A stretch of 62,278 nucleotides of DNA, counting the filler, from Vannella sp. (lineage: Eukaryota): assembly GCA_023345925.1 (NCBI GenBank). It is 9 parts of 9 records of this genome, joined end to end, with 100 filler letters (N's around TTAATTAATTAA, not from the genome) between each part and the next. Parts side by side here need not be neighbours in the genome. Positions count along the whole stretch, not along the records: positions 18,237 to 27,508 come from JAJQQN010000285.1; positions 27,609 to 34,777 come from JAJQQN010000517.1; 7 more parts are not named here. One strand, written 5' to 3'. This document shows positions 21,365 through 34,389 of the stretch, one piece after another. The position numbers and the translations under genes are program-made. The notes beneath the pieces are model-generated. The model was given only the letters and a program-made list of their open reading frames with translations, searched no databases and was not told where the DNA came from. Numbering within the stretch: position 1 is the stretch's first letter; every line of letters starts with the position of its first letter.

Positions 21365-24300
21365 ATGTCACGGAAGGATCTCTTCTCTGCTTTTCAAGAG
21401 GATGTCGATGCCCCTCCTCCACCAGTGGTAACGGCAAGTCCAGCTCCCCTGATGAAACGTAAGGAGTCACCAGTGACTCCGATCCCCGCTCCCTCCAAGA
21501 AGCAAAAGACTGCAAAGGTTTCGATAGACGAGAAGCCCCTTATCATTGAGGTGGCAGAAGGCACAGCTGCAGCAGAGGCAGCCAAGGCGGCTGAATCTGC
21601 GCGCCTTGATCAGGAAACAACAACTATCGAGTGCATTCACGAGGTCGCGTATCCACCCAACTGGAGTACGAACCACCTATCTTCTTACCTCGTTCACAAC
21701 TCACTCTCCTCTAGCGGGTCCTCGAGTGGAAGGGCGCCAAGAGGGCATGCAAGTGGAGTTTTCTGGTCGAGAGCCCGCACGTGTGTATCCTTTCGTGCTA
21801 GATCCCTTCCAAAAGGCTTCCGTAGCATGTTTGGAGAAGAACGAATCTGTTCTCGTCTCTGCGCACACTTCTGCAGGGAAAACCGTTGTCGCAGAGTATG
21901 TTTCCTCCTTATCCTCGTCCTCTGATCGCTTGGGCTCACGAAGGAGCCTCCTATTAGGTATGCCATTGCCATGTCACTCCGAGACAAGCAACGGGTCATC
22001 TACACGTCCCCGATCAAAGCTCTTAGCAACCAAAAGTACCGCGAACTTCAAGAAGAGTTTGAGGACGTTGGTCTCATGACAGGAGACGTCACCATCAACC
22101 CAGGAGCGAGTTGTATCGTCATGACTACGGAAATTCTCCGCAGCATGCTCTACCGAGGCTCAGAGATGATGCGCGAAGTGGCTTGGGTGATCTTCGACGA
22201 GATCCATTACCTCCGCGACAAGGAGCGTGGAGTCGTGTGGGAAGAGACAATCATCCTCCTTCCTGATAAGGTCCACTACGTCTTCCTCTCTGCAACAATT
22301 CCCAACGCCAAAGAGTTCGCCGATTGGATCGCCAAGCTTCACTCACAGCCTTGCCACGTCGTCTACACTAACTACCGTCCAACACCTCTCCACCACTACA
22401 TCTTCCCATCAGGAGGCAGCGGACTCCACTTGGTAGTGGACGAGAATGGCCGCTTCCGCGAAGACAACTTCCAAAGCGCCTTGAGCGCGCTCGCACAGGC
22501 CCCTGAGAAGAAGGGGCGCAGCCGAAAGCCTGCTGGAGGTCAGTCTGACTGCTACAAGATCATCAAGATGATCATGGACCGGAACTACCAGCCGGTGATC
22601 GTGTTTGCCTTTAGCAAGAAGGAGTGCGAGTCCTTGGCCTTGCAGATGACGAAGATGGACTTCAATGACGAGGACGAGAAGGCCCTGGTGGAGTCTGTCT
22701 TCACGAACGCGATCGATTCCCTTTCGGATGACGACAAGAAGCTGCCCCAAGTCGAGAGTATCCTCCCTCTCCTCAAACGGGGCATTGGGATCCATCACTC
22801 TGGCCTCCTCCCCATCCTCAAAGAGGTGATCGAGATCCTCTTCCAAGAGGGCCTGGTCAAGTCGTTGTTCGCCACAGAAACCTTCGCCATGGGCTTGAAC
22901 ATGCCGGCCAAGACAGTCGTCTTCACAAACGTTCGCAAGTTCGACGGACGTGACTTCCGCTGGCTCAGTCCCGGTGAGTACATCCAGATGAGTGGCCGGG
23001 CTGGACGACGAGGTCTTGATGATCGAGGGATCGTCATCCTCATGGTGGATGAGAAGATGGAGCCACACGTGGCCAAGAACATGCTCAAAGGTGCTTCTGA
23101 TCCTCTCATCTCCTCCTTCCACCTGGGATACAACATGCTGCTCAACCTGATGCGTGTTGAAGGTGTGGACCCCGAGACTCTGATCAAGAAGTCATTCCAC
23201 CAGTTCCAGAGCGATCGAGCCCTCCCTGGCTATGAGAAGAAGCTTGGAGAGTTGCAGGAGCAGTTTGATGTGCTGGAGATACCTGACGAAGAGATTGTCA
23301 GTGATTACTACAACATCCGTCTGCAGCTGGAGAAGCTCCGCGCTGTCATGAGAGAGACCATCAACCTGCCAGCCCACGCTCTCCCCTTCCTTCAATCAGG
23401 CCGACTCGTTCGAATCACGGACAAAGGGACCAACTGGGGATGGGGCGTGATTGTCAACTTCCAGAAGAAGAAGACCATTGATAAGGGAGTCGTTGGGGAC
23501 GCATCAGACTACGTGGTCGATGTCCTTCTCAACTGCGATCCAGAACCAACGAAAGTTCCCAAACCCGCTTCACTCGACGGCAAGGGCGTCATCCAAGTGG
23601 TTCCTGTCCTCATGTCCTTGTTTGACGGGATGAGTACCATCCGAGTGTTCGTTCCAACAGATCTGCGAGCAGCTGAGACCCGTGCTTCGATGGGAAAGAC
23701 AGTTCGCGAAGTTTTGAGGCGCTACCCTGATGGACTCCCCTTCCTGGACCCGATTGAGGACATGCAAATCGATGATCCCGAGTTCAACAAGCTCATCCGT
23801 CGGATAGAGTCCCTGGAAGACCGTTTGCTCACACGAAAAGACTTCAAAAGAGAGGACATGGCCGACCTTTGCACTCAATTTGAACAGAAACTGGCATTGG
23901 AGGCGGACATGAAGGAGCTTAAGAAGAACATCCGCGATGTGGATCAAGTCATTATGAAGGAGGAACTCCGGGGAATGAGAAAGTCACTTCGACGACTGGG
24001 ATTCACCAATAAGGAGAATGTGGTTCAGATCAAAGGTCGAGTGGCGTGCGAGATCAATGCCTCTGATGAGCTCCTCTTAACAGAGATGATGTTCAACGGT
24101 GTCTACAGCGAACTCACTGTCGCCCAGATTCTGGCGCTTCTGAGCAGTTTCGTCTTCCAAGAGAAATCAAACGAGAACACCGAACTTCGAGAAGAACTCA
24201 GTCTCCCACTGCGTTACACTCATGACAATGCAAGAAGAGTAGCAACTGTCCAAAGCGAGTGCGGGTTGACCATTGGCGTGGAAGAGTACATCCAAAAATT

Positions 24301-24589
24301 CCAACCGCACATGATGGACGTTGTCTACTCCTGGAGCGAAGTAAGTCTAAGTCCACTTCCCTGCTCCTTCTAATAACCTTTCCAGGGCGCAAAGTTCATT
24401 GAAATCTGCAACATGACAACCATCTTTGAGGGAAGCGTCATCCGCTGTATGAGGCGCTTGGAAGAGCTCATTCGACAACTCCAATCAGCTTCTAAAGCTA
24501 TTGGAAACACAGAACTGGAGAACAAATTTGCAGAAGCCATTGTGAGAATCAAGAGAGACATTGTATTTGCAGTTTCGCTCTACTTGTAA
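21365..24589 (+). CDS. MTR4: Exosome RNA helicase MTR4/Dob1
   Basis: [41 protein letters not shown], arch/KOW region, C-terminal [13 protein letters not shown]; 3 introns. Confidence 0.96.
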
Positions 24590-24700
24590 ACTCGCAGAAA
24601 CAGAAACACAATCGCTGGCAAATCCACGTTCCAACTCCCGTAGCCAATAAACCTCTGCCACCCAATTTGGACACGACTTGACTGCATAACTGTCCTCTTT

Positions 24701-26577
24701 ATGTACGGCTATACCGCTCCGACCCGCATCTCGGATGTCTTCGACACTCTCAAGAAGGACTTTGAGAGTTTAGCCGGGGATGTGAACCGATACAAGACTC
24801 AGCGAGACCAGTATGAGCAGAAAGGTGGGTCACCTCTGATGAGGCTGCATTTCTGCTTGATCCTGACTCCTTGTTATCAGTTCAAGCTCAGCAATCTGAA
24901 GTTGCTGCAATCAAGAGCACTCTCAATGATCTCGAGAGAAAACACGCCAGCTTGGCACAAGGGTACGAGGGAGACAGGAGATGAACACGGTTCTCTCCCA
25001 CCAAGGCCCCCATTTTTGCTGATTTTTGTATGTAGATACAAGGATGAGATCATGCGCTTGCAGGGAATGCAACCTGTCTCAGGTGAGCCAGCAACCCCCG
25101 CGAAGTTCTTTCCGTCTGACTTGTTGCATAGATGTAAGAAGAACAGACAAGACACTACCTCCCATCAACGTACAAGCCACTTTCAACTTTCCTTCTAACA
25201 TCTCTGCTGTTCCTCCAACCAATGGCAATGGACACCTCCACGACGGCTCTCCTCTTGGCAAGAGGCCGAGGATAGAAGATTTCAGTTCCCGCAGCACAGA
25301 GCTTCCTTCGATCCAGGACATCAAGCAACGCAAGCCAAATGCAGAGATGCGCCCTTCTCTTCCTCAAATTCAAACCTCCGACAGCCTGAAACGACCCGTC
25401 TTGCGAGTCGATGTGTCCCCCACTTTGGACGACAGTATGAATGACTCAGACACGGAGATTGAGGTACAACGTTCCTACTCTCCTCGTGAGAAGCTACAAA
25501 TCAACGAAGCGTACGAGTTCGAGCACGAAAGCGTCGTTTGCTGCGTTCGTTACAGCAATGACGGCAAGTACCTCGCCACTGGATGCAACCGCAAGGCTCA
25601 GATCTTCTCTGTCGAGAGTGGCGAGAAGGTGAGGTAAGTGTGCCTGAAGAAGCTTGGCAGAAGGCTAACTGCTCCTCAGCACTTTTTCGGACCCCTCTTG
25701 GGGCCCCAACGATCTCTACCTGCGGTCAGTGAGCTTCAGTCCTGATGGCAAATACCTCGCTTGTGGTGCAGAAGATCAGACGGTGAAGCTCTGGGACATC
25801 GAGAAGCAAACCACTGCGCACATCTTCGTGGGCCACAGCATGGACATCTACTCTCTGGACTACTCTTCTGATGGAAGGTTCATTGTATCTGGTAGTGGAG
25901 ACAAGAAGGCCAAGGTTTGGGATGTTGAAGGAAGAAAGGTAAGCGATTGACGACCTGGTTCTCGTAGTGGAGCACTAATCCACGGCTGCTAGTGTGTTCA
26001 CACTCTCGGAAACGATGAAGTGGGTCCCAAGGACGGTGTCACCTCGGTTGCTATCAGTCCAGACGGCCGAATGATTGCGGCAGGATCTTTGGATCGGATA
26101 GTGCGCCTGTGGGATGCTCAAACAGGGTACTTCCTCGAGCGATACGAAGGACACACTGACTCTGTGTACTCTGTGGCATTCTCTCCTGATGGAAGGAGCT
26201 TGGCCTCTGGCTCTCTCGACAAAACCCTCAAAATCTGGGATCTGTCGGAATCGCGCTCCCGCGCTCGTTGCCGAAGCACCTTTAACGGGCACACAGACTT
26301 TGTTCTATCAGTTGCCTTCTCTCCTGATGGCAAGTGGCTGCTCTCTGGCTCAAAGGACCGATCTGTGAAGTTCTGGGACCCTCGGATCGTAGCTTGCCAC
26401 CACACTCTCGACGGGCACAAGAACTCTGGTGAGTTAAACTGAGGCTGTGAAGACAACACTAACACTCGAGTAGTCATCAGCATCGCTGTCAACCCCACCC
26501 AAAACAACTTCTCAACAGGCAGTGGCGACATGAAAGCAAAGCTATGGCGCTATGGGTCTGTAGGAGGAGTTCTTTAA
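24701..26577 (+). CDS. TUP1: Tup1/TupA transcriptional corepressor (N-terminal coiled coil + WD40)
   Basis: [77 protein letters not shown]; several introns. Confidence 0.92.
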
Positions 26578-26741
26578 CGTGTCCGTGCCAACCTGCTGTC
26601 GAGGTTGCAGCCACGCCACTTTCCAGCTTCCTCGATGAGCAGTTGTACTATAAACCATACAGCCTTCTCACTCTGGGCACTGAGACATTCCATAGGATTC
26701 GCATTGATTTATGCAAAGGACGCTGTTGGGAAGACAGCGCC

Positions 26742-27182
26742 TTACTCGATGTGAACCTCAGAGATGGACTGCAAGATTCGTTCGATGACCTTGTCTTTGC
26801 TGGCAGAGACCTGTTTGGTGATCTCTCTCACAGAGTCTTGGCTTTGCCTTGCGAGTTGCTGCTCGTATGAGCCTGTATCAGCCTCATGCTATCAAACATC
26901 AATTAGGGCGGCCTCCGTGAACGCAGAGAATGAAACGTACGCTCCGTTTGTACTCCAAGAATTCCTGTTCCTTCTTCTCCTTGTAGTTCTGAACTTCAAG
27001 ATCCGCATCGTCGCGCGCCTTCTTCAAAAGGTTCTGTTTGTCTTTTGGGAGGGTAAGGGCAAGGCAGAGAACCACCAGAATATCTTAGCGAACGTACTTT
27101 GTCTTGCAGAGGCAACCTTAGCGTTCGCCTCGCTCTCTGCTTTCAACAGTCGCTGGATGCTTCCTGATCCCTTGGCTGTCAT
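26742..27182 (-). CDS. VMA10: V-ATPase subunit G (not in the ORF track; 2 introns)
   Basis: Spliced translation MTAKGSGSIQRLLKAESEANAKVASARQNKQNLLKKARDDADLEVQNYKEKKEQEF...KDKVIERILQSISEVHIE. Confidence 0.88.
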
Positions 27183-27286
27183 GGAGAAGAGCAAACTGGT
27201 TCTCTCTTGCCGATTTTCGTTCCATCCTATTGTTAATACATTTTAGATCATAAATTCTCAATGAGAATAGTCGCGGGAGGAGACTA

Positions 27287-27508
27287 TTACACTTCGAGAA
27301 AATCCACGAGCGAAGGGGAAGAGGTTCCAAAACTCGTGTTTGCGTAGAGTGTCCTGATGACCTCCATCTCTTCAGGATAAGCTGTTGGGGTGATTTTGTT
27401 TTTTGAGTTTTGGGTGCTCCAAAGGTCGCCGATTGAGGGGAAATGCCCAGTCACTTTTCTCATTTGCGTTACCAACTTGTTCAAGAGGAGGAGAAGGGGA
27501 GGGAAGGC
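27287..27508 (-). CDS. Possible 3' end of an unknown gene cut by the contig edge
   Basis: Frame stays open from the contig edge to the stop at 27287; no motif recognised. Confidence 0.3.
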   Translation of the reverse strand, partial: AFPPLLLLLNKLVTQMRKVTGHFPSIGDLWSTQNSKNKITPTAYPEEMEVIRTLYANTSFGTSSPSLVDFLEV

Positions 27509-27930
27509 NNNNNNNNNNNNNNNNNNNNNNNNNNNNNNNNNNNNNNNNNNNNTTAATTAATTAANNNNNNNNNNNNNNNNNNNNNNNNNNNNNNNNNNNN
27601 NNNNNNNNGTGGTGCTTCCAAATGGAGCTGAGAGTTCACAGAAGGGAAAGCGAGATTGCCATAGATGTCCGCTACTTCTTGGCGGAATCGTGGGATTGGT
27701 GGGAATGCGGTACATTTCCTCTGGAGTGTGATTGGCTCAGGGACTTTGCACAAAGTAATTTGGGTTTCGAGAAAGTGAGTTTTTTTTATTTATAATCTGA
27801 CGTAGATGATGGCAGCAAATCAAAATGCATTCCCAGCTTCAGTAGTCGATTTTTCTACACCCGCTTCCTGATTGGCCGTGCCCAGTTCTTTCCGAAATGT
27901 TCCCTGTCGGGTTAGAATGACGTAATAATA

Positions 27931-28493
27931 ATGGGCCTGTCCTCATTTTGTCTCTTTGCTACTTTGCTTCCGGAATCTCCTTCGTAGCCTTCACTTTGGA
28001 CCCTTTCAGTGACCCCACTTCGCTCACTTACAGGTACCAAACTCCTGTTATTGGCATCTACATGGAGTCCTTCACCATCTTGGGAGGAGCCCGCAGTGAT
28101 TCTCTCGGGTTGGTGGAAGTCTCCAGCCCTTCCGGGTTTGTCATGATGGCTGTTGAAAAGGGCCTTTTGAGTGGTCAAGCCACCCAGAACGCCACAGGAA
28201 CCATTTTTCTGACCTACCCTGTCGGGTACGACGACGCTCTCGACTTTGCTGTAGGAGGAGCCAACCAGTTCTCTTTCTCCGTCAGTTCCACTCAAGCCGT
28301 GCCCATCACCTTCTCTGTGCTTTGCGAAGGAGGCGGATCTTCCGCCTACAAAATCACTGTTCCAAGCGGCACCACTAACAAGAGCTATTCTCTCGCCTTC
28401 ACACAGTTCGCAGGCCAGTGCAACTTCTCCACCATCCAGCTTCCCGCTTCGACCTTTATGTCACTTAGTTCCATCCAGATCACTGACAGTTAA
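27931..28493 (+). CDS. Secreted beta-rich protein (paralog of 35112-35738); possible frameshift at the start
   Basis: FTLDPFSD, SFTILGGAR, NATGTIFLTYP, LDFAVGGANQF, FTQFAGQCNFS; the nearest ATG (27931) is one base out of frame with the hydrophobic leader. Confidence 0.6.
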
Positions 28494-28582
28494 TGCGTAA
28501 GGCGAAAATAACACAGCCATTTTGGTTGACCTGATGGCTGAGAAAAAGGCAAATATCGGTGGAGGTCCCTTCCCATTGGTTG

Positions 28583-29942
28583 ATGGGTTCCTTTGCGGCG
28601 CTGGGCTTGCATGAGTGGTTGGTGAAGACTGGACGGGAGATGGGCTTCCGGGAGCCCACGAAGGTTCAAGAAGAATGTATTCCTCCTATTCTTGCAGGTC
28701 GAGACTGCATAGCTAGTGCTGAGACAGGCAGCGGGAAGACGGCGGCGTTTGCCTTGCCGATCCTTCATTGCTTGTCGGAGGACCCTTACGGTATCTTTGC
28801 GTTGATACTGACTCCCACTCGCGAGCTTGCAGTTCAAATATCAGAGCAGATAAGAGCTTTGGGGTCTCCTATGGGACTGCGGGTCTCTGTGGTGATCGGC
28901 GGTGTGGGTGAGTTGTCTTTTCTGCGTCCCTGGTCATCCCATGGTCTACTAACCGGCATCAGACATGACCAAACAAAGCCTAGAGCTTCAGAAGAAGCCT
29001 CATATTGTGATCGCCACACCTGGACGACTCCTCGACCACCTTCAATCAACAGACACCCTTTCCTTCAGCAAACTTCGCTTCCTTGTCCTCGATGAAGCTG
29101 ATCGCCTCTTCAGTGACCAAGCAGACGAAACAGAAGAGATCTTAGGACATATTCCACACTCAGCAAAGCGCCAAACTCTCCTCTTCTCGGCAACATTGGC
29201 TCCCTACCAGTTGCCTCCTCCACAGGATGGAGAAACAAGGGCGGCTCCCTTCACTTTCCACCAATCCTCTCAGCTGTATGCCGTAGCCAAGAGCCTTGAG
29301 CAGCAGTACATGCTCATGCCGACCAATGTGAAGCATTGTTACTTGACCTACCTGCTTCACCAGTTCGATTCAAGCTCGATCATCATCTTTGCAGCTACCT
29401 GCAAGTTCGCAGCACTCTTAACGATGACACTGAAGAAGCTAAAGTTCAAAGCAGTGACAATGCACTCTCTCCTCACCCAGGAGCAGCGACAAAAGTCTTT
29501 GGAACGCTTCCGCTCACAGTATGTCCAGATCTTAGTGGCCACTGACATCGCTGCGCGTGGCTTGGACCTTCCAAAGGTAGAGCTGGTAGTCAACTATGAT
29601 GTTCCTGCTTCCAGTGAGGACTACGTTCACCGCATTGGTCGAACAGGACGTGCTGGTAAACAGGGACGAGCAATCAGCCTCATCACGCAGCATGACATTG
29701 ACCGATTCCATGCGATTGAGAAGGTGATTGACAAACAGATGGGCGAGTACGAAGCCAACGAGAACCAGGTCCTCGAGTATCTGACAGAGGCCAATCGAGC
29801 CATGAAGATGTGCACGGTCCTCCTTGAGGAATCTGACCTCTCACAAAGAATGCAAGAGAAGAGGGAAAAGTCTAAATCGAAGCAAACAAGCTCCCGACCC
29901 TCAGTGAAGGCCCCTCCTACCAAAAAGAGTAAAACAGAGTAA
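28583..29942 (+). CDS. DBP8: DEAD-box RNA helicase DBP8/DDX49
   Basis: AETGSGKT, LSEDPYGIFALILTPTRELA, DEADRL, SAT, HRIGRTGRAG; one intron ~28908-28962. Confidence 0.92.
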
Positions 29943-30414
29943 ACCAGTGTTCCACTGAATTCTTTGACCTGCTTCTTACTGAGTGCTTGGGAAAGATGAT
30001 GTTTCCTGCCATTTGAAGGGTTCATTCGGAGCGGTTATGGCTTCCTCCTCGCACCGCTGATGATCATCCTCACTGTCAACTGAGCGGTTTTGAGAGAGGG
30101 ATGGATTACCGATGGAGTTTTCCTGTTTTGGGAGACCGACCTCGTGGATGATGGAACGGTTCTGTCAGTTTAGGAAGCCTTTTTCTGTACACAGCCCAAC
30201 CACTGCTCACAAGCAACACCTGAAACCTCCCGTGTGCCTCCTATCTCCCCACATTTGAAGGCTGCTTCATGTACCACTTGGTTGAGAAGTTCTTGGAAAG
30301 TGACAAAGACCGGAGCTAAACTTGAGAGAAACTTCCAAAAATGGAAAATCAACGCTATCTGACTCCCTTTGCTGAATGAAAGAGAGTTTGTTCGGTCATT
30401 GTTAACAGAGAGGT

Positions 30415-31634
30415 TCAGCGCTTCTTGTTAGAGGGTTTGGGGGTATTCTTCTTGTTCTTCTTCGTGATGAGATTGAAGGCCTTCTTGGTGACAGACTCTT
30501 TCTCAGATTCACCTTTTGCCTTCAGAGGAGGTGGGGCTACATTGGTAAAGATATCACCAAAAGCAGCCTGAATCCTCTTGGGGTCCGAATGCTCCAGAGA
30601 GAATTGCACTCCCGTGTTAACGGGCAAGTTGAAGAGTCTTCGGAAAAGCGAAGAACGATACGCAAAAGACATCAAGAGTGTCGTGAAGATGTTAAAGCAG
30701 ACGAGCAGCTGCATGCCGGCCGGGAGAAGGGCAATAAAGAAGCCAATAGGAATGAAAACCACTCCCATTATCTTACTGATGAGGAGACTGACTGGCTTGG
30801 GCACCAAGCCAAAGCGATTGGTGACTAGATGAGGCATGCTCACGTTCATCATAGAGAATGCTGTGACAAGGACTGGCAGGAGAAAGAGAGGGTCCGATTG
30901 GGTCAGGTCAGAGAACCACAGCAATCCCCCATCCCGCAGGCTCTCCATATCAGAGCGACAGACTACACGTAACTGGAAGAAAGGATAGATCTGGACAGGA
31001 AGCGTGGCGAGAGAGCAATAGAGCATGTGCGAGGGCTTAATGCCTTTGGAGTGGTAATAGCTCGAAATCTCCTTCTGCATCTGCTGAGTCTGCACCATGG
31101 AGCGTTCTGGGTTGTTCTTAAGGAAGTTCTCACGGATTGAACTGACTGCTTTCTCTTCCTGCTGGATGTGGGCTGAGATCCCGGCTGACTTGGCCATCAA
31201 GGGGAGGATTATCATCTTGATGGACAAGGAGGTTCCCACAATGACGGACCACCAAGGTAAGTCGGTGCTTTCGTGAACATGGATGATGAGCCGAGCTAAA
31301 GCGTGCCAAGAGGAGCTCAGATCAGCCTCGGAGACTGCTCTGACAACCTCCGTGATGACCTCGTCATCCTTGAAGAGCTCCGACTTGATCTGTGAAGAAT
31401 CTAGCGACCCCAAGTAATCAGACGCTTCAGGAGCGTCCACAGCAGCCGCCTGTGCTGGTTCTGTCGACTGAAAACGAACCGAACTTGCCTCGCTCCTTCG
31501 TGGAGCGAAGCTGCGCCCTGCAAACGCGCTACTCCCTAACGATGGCACCACCCACCTCCCGACACCTTCGCCAATCAATCACAGGTCCCTCCAACGACAC
31601 CAAACATACCTCGAGCCACCGACGTCCTCAACAT
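30415..31634 (-). CDS. Mitochondrial Oxa1/Cox18 (YidC-family) insertase
   Basis: Exon 1 MLRTSVAR plus intron; presequence ending VRFQST; HESTDLPWWSVI, GGLLWFSDLTQSDPLFLLP. Confidence 0.88.
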
Positions 31635-31719
31635 GCGGCAAAAGAAAAAGAATCCTTTTAACCCTCAAATTAAACAATTAAATTCCAAGTGTTGTCCATT
31701 TTTTATTGGCGTCGGCGGC

Positions 31720-32094
31720 ATGGGCGACAGTTTGCCAGACGATAAGATCCCGAAGGAGCTTCAAGCAGCGGAATTCTTGTTAATCTCGCATGTCGCTCAG
31801 GTGATGGAGCGTATTGAGAGTGGAGATGATAAGCTCCCTGATTCCTTCAAGGGAGTGCTCGAGTACGCGCGGAAGGTGGGGAAGTTCAAGCAGGACAGTG
31901 CAGTGAATGAAGTGCTGGCGCGCCTGGAGGAATACAATGACCTGAGTCCCTTTCAGAAGGCCTCGATTGTAAACCTCATGCCAGTTGACGTAGTGGAGGC
32001 CAAAGCACTTATCCCATCCCTTCAAGAGTATGATGATGAGCGCCTTCAAGAGCTTATCGATGCCTTGAAGGCTATCAAGACCTTCTCGCACTAA
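31720..32094 (+). CDS. RPB4: RNA polymerase II subunit RPB4
   Basis: AEFLLISHV, LEYARKVGKF, FQKASIVNLMP..VEAKALIPSL. Confidence 0.88.
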   Translation: MGDSLPDDKIPKELQAAEFLLISHVAQVMERIESGDDKLPDSFKGVLEYARKVGKFKQDSAVNEVLARLEEYNDLSPFQKASIVNLMPVDVVEAKALIPSLQEYDDERLQELIDALKAIKTFSH

Positions 32095-32149
32095 TGAAGC
32101 CTTCTCAGAGCTTTATTACATCGTTTAACAGTCAGAGGGAAGAGACCAG

Positions 32150-33544
32150 CTACATTTTGATGACTCTCAGCTTCCTTTTGCCTTCGTCATCGAGGTCAGA
32201 CTCTTCAAACTCGGGTGGTGGGGCCAGATCTCGACTGTAGCCCACCCCCTTTAGTTGGTCTAGCACCCAGGACTCTTCGCGGTCCCAGATACTGGGCCCA
32301 GCGACCTCCTTTTCACGAAGGAACTCCACATCAAGATCGTCATCGCTGTCAATATCGAAGAGGACCTTTGTGTTAGCCACATCGATGATGCACCAGAGTT
32401 GTACTGCACTGATCTTGAAGTTCTCCATCCCAGCAAGCTGAGGACTGCCGAAGGTCAAGCAAGGGTGCGACTTGCCCTGAACCAGTTCGGCGTCCAAAGA
32501 GAGTCCAAAGTACTGGAGCTTCCCACCAGCTGCAAGGAGGTCTGGGGTAGTGTACATGACGTGATCATCTTCTCCTGTACACCGATAGACGTTTCGTTGA
32601 GGGAGCAGGGAGAAGAGGAAGCTCTCTTCGCTTCCGTAGAACTTCTCCGCGTTTCTGAACCATCCTTGAGCGAAGAAGCCTCCAAAGACGTGTCCGCTGG
32701 TGTCTTCGATGATGAGGATGGAAGGTTCCTTCATGATCTGTTCTAGTTTGGTCTCAAAGTTGCGATAGACCGTGTTTAGAGCAAAGCCGTGGGACTTGGT
32801 GGAGAAGATGTTGAAGAAGTGGCCTTTGCAGTATGGCTCGGGTAGCCAAGAGCGTATCTGCATGGCTTGGTTACTTGTGAGTAGTGACTTGTCGTCTTGG
32901 AGCATCAAAGGAGGTTGTTGGCGGAGAGCAGAGAGAGTTGGAGTCAGATCAGCTCGTTTAAGGACTGTTTGTTGGAGAGAGAAGTCTACGTAGTCGACTA
33001 ATTGATGTAGAGAGAGTATCCACGTGCTAAAGTGAACAAACTTGAGCTCAGGGAGTCCCCCCATAGCTCTTCGAGCCACATCAGCCACGATGGCTTGGTG
33101 TTCCTCTTTGTTAGGAGCAATGGCAGAGCTGCTAGGAATATGGAAGAGAGGTATTGACATAGAGAATGCAGCTTCACAAAGAGTGGCGAGGGAGCGGTGC
33201 ATCTGAGGCGCTGAAATCCTCCCTGACCCGCTGGGATCGAAAAGGGAGAAGCAGAAGCTAGCTTGCTCCATCTGTGGTCCTTTCGCAATCATAGCAAAGC
33301 CGGGAATGAATTGTTCTATTCCAATCCTATCCCGCACTGGCCCCTGCTGCACAGCAGCGAACAGGAGCTTGGCGTACCCCTGACCATCCGCTGGGAACTT
33401 CAAGCAGAACTCCTCTCTCGTGAAGCTGGTCCCAGCCCCCAACGACTCTACCCCTTTAACGATATCTCGATACTCTGCGGCCTCAAACCGAGCCCTTGCC
33501 ATGGGGAAAGAGGGAGGCGCCAGCCGAGAGTCGCCTCCACCCAT
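32150..33544 (-). CDS. EF-hand + TLDc protein (MEAK7/TLDC1-like), probably N-myristoylated
   Basis: MGGGDS start; FSLFDPSGSGRIS; FSTKSHGFALN, GHVFGGF, FYGSEESFLF, CLTFGSPQL. Confidence 0.85.
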   Translation of the reverse strand: MGGGDSRLAPPSFPMARARFEAAEYRDIVKGVESLGAGTSFTREEFCLKFPADGQGYAKLLFAAVQQGPVRDRIGIEQFIPGFAMIAKGPQMEQASFCFSLFDPSGSGRISAPQMHRSLATLCEAAFSMSIPLFHIPSSSAIAPNKEEHQAIVADVARRAMGGLPELKFVHFSTWILSLHQLVDYVDFSLQQTVLKRADLTPTLSALRQQPPLMLQDDKSLLTSNQAMQIRSWLPEPYCKGHFFNIFSTKSHGFALNTVYRNFETKLEQIMKEPSILIIEDTSGHVFGGFFAQGWFRNAEKFYGSEESFLFSLLPQRNVYRCTGEDDHVMYTTPDLLAAGGKLQYFGLSLDAELVQGKSHPCLTFGSPQLAGMENFKISAVQLWCIIDVANTKVLFDIDSDDDLDVEFLREKEVAGPSIWDREESWVLDQLKGVGYSRDLAPPPEFEESDLDDEGKRKLRVIKM

Positions 33545-33604
33545 GGCTCGAAGGGAAATGAGCCAATCTCATTCGTTTTGAGCAAATCGAGGTAAAAGAA
33601 GCTC

Positions 33605-34389
33605 CTATTTGCTAAATTGGCGCAGACTGGACAGTGCTGCATCAAAGGAAGGTCGAAGTGGATCGGACTTCTTGTGAGATTGGCTGTTTCGGGTGATTGT
33701 GGCTGCTAAGGGCTTCAGCGTGTCTTGGATCTTATCCTTTCTACACCGATCCATGTTAGGTGAATAGACTCGCAACCGCAAGCTCCATACCGCCGCTTTT
33801 GTGAGGGATTTGATCCCGCCGAAGAGGAAATGGGGCCACAAAGATCAATGAGAGCAACTGTGCTCTCTAAAGAAGCTGCAATAGCAGCATCACTCTTCGA
33901 GGACGTGATGATTGACCTCAAAAGCGGAACAAACGGCAAGAGAAAGCGTTCCTGAAAGTCAGTCTCGCCACTTTCGCATGTTTAGACACAGGATACGTGG
34001 ATAAGAGGGCATACATACATCTGGTTGGACTTGCGAAGAGCTTTGAAGGCCTCTAATGTGAAGCTGGAGCTGAGATGATCGTCCTTTCGATCAGAAAGGA
34101 AACGAACGCAAACAGAGATGTCTGTCCTCCCTCTGTAAGCGAGGTTACAAGTCCTTCATAAGAACATACCTCCTCTAGTAAAGTAGTTACGGGCAACTTG
34201 AAGGGAGGTCAGCCGAGCCGTGAGAGCTGCAAAAAGGAGAGAATGCGACTCCCAATCGAACTCTTCCGTCTCTTCCTCCTGTCCAGTCAAGGCCACTGTG
34301 TTTGGGCCCTCCATTTCTGAATCTGGTCTCCGCACAGGCTTCGAGGGAGATTGGGTAAACTGGGCCACTTGCTTCTTTCTCGCCAACAT
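33605..34389 (-). CDS. Possible stand-alone katanin p80 C-terminal (con80) domain protein (KATNBL1-like); 3 introns
   Basis: HSLLFAALTARLTSLQVARNYF resembles the con80 SRLTKLQVVR motif; later FLLPFVPLLRSII..LIDLCGPI; start uncertain. Confidence 0.45.

Noticed and set aside
29975..30280. Possible small spliced gene on the minus strand
   Set aside because: Splice-like signals are present but no convincing protein results
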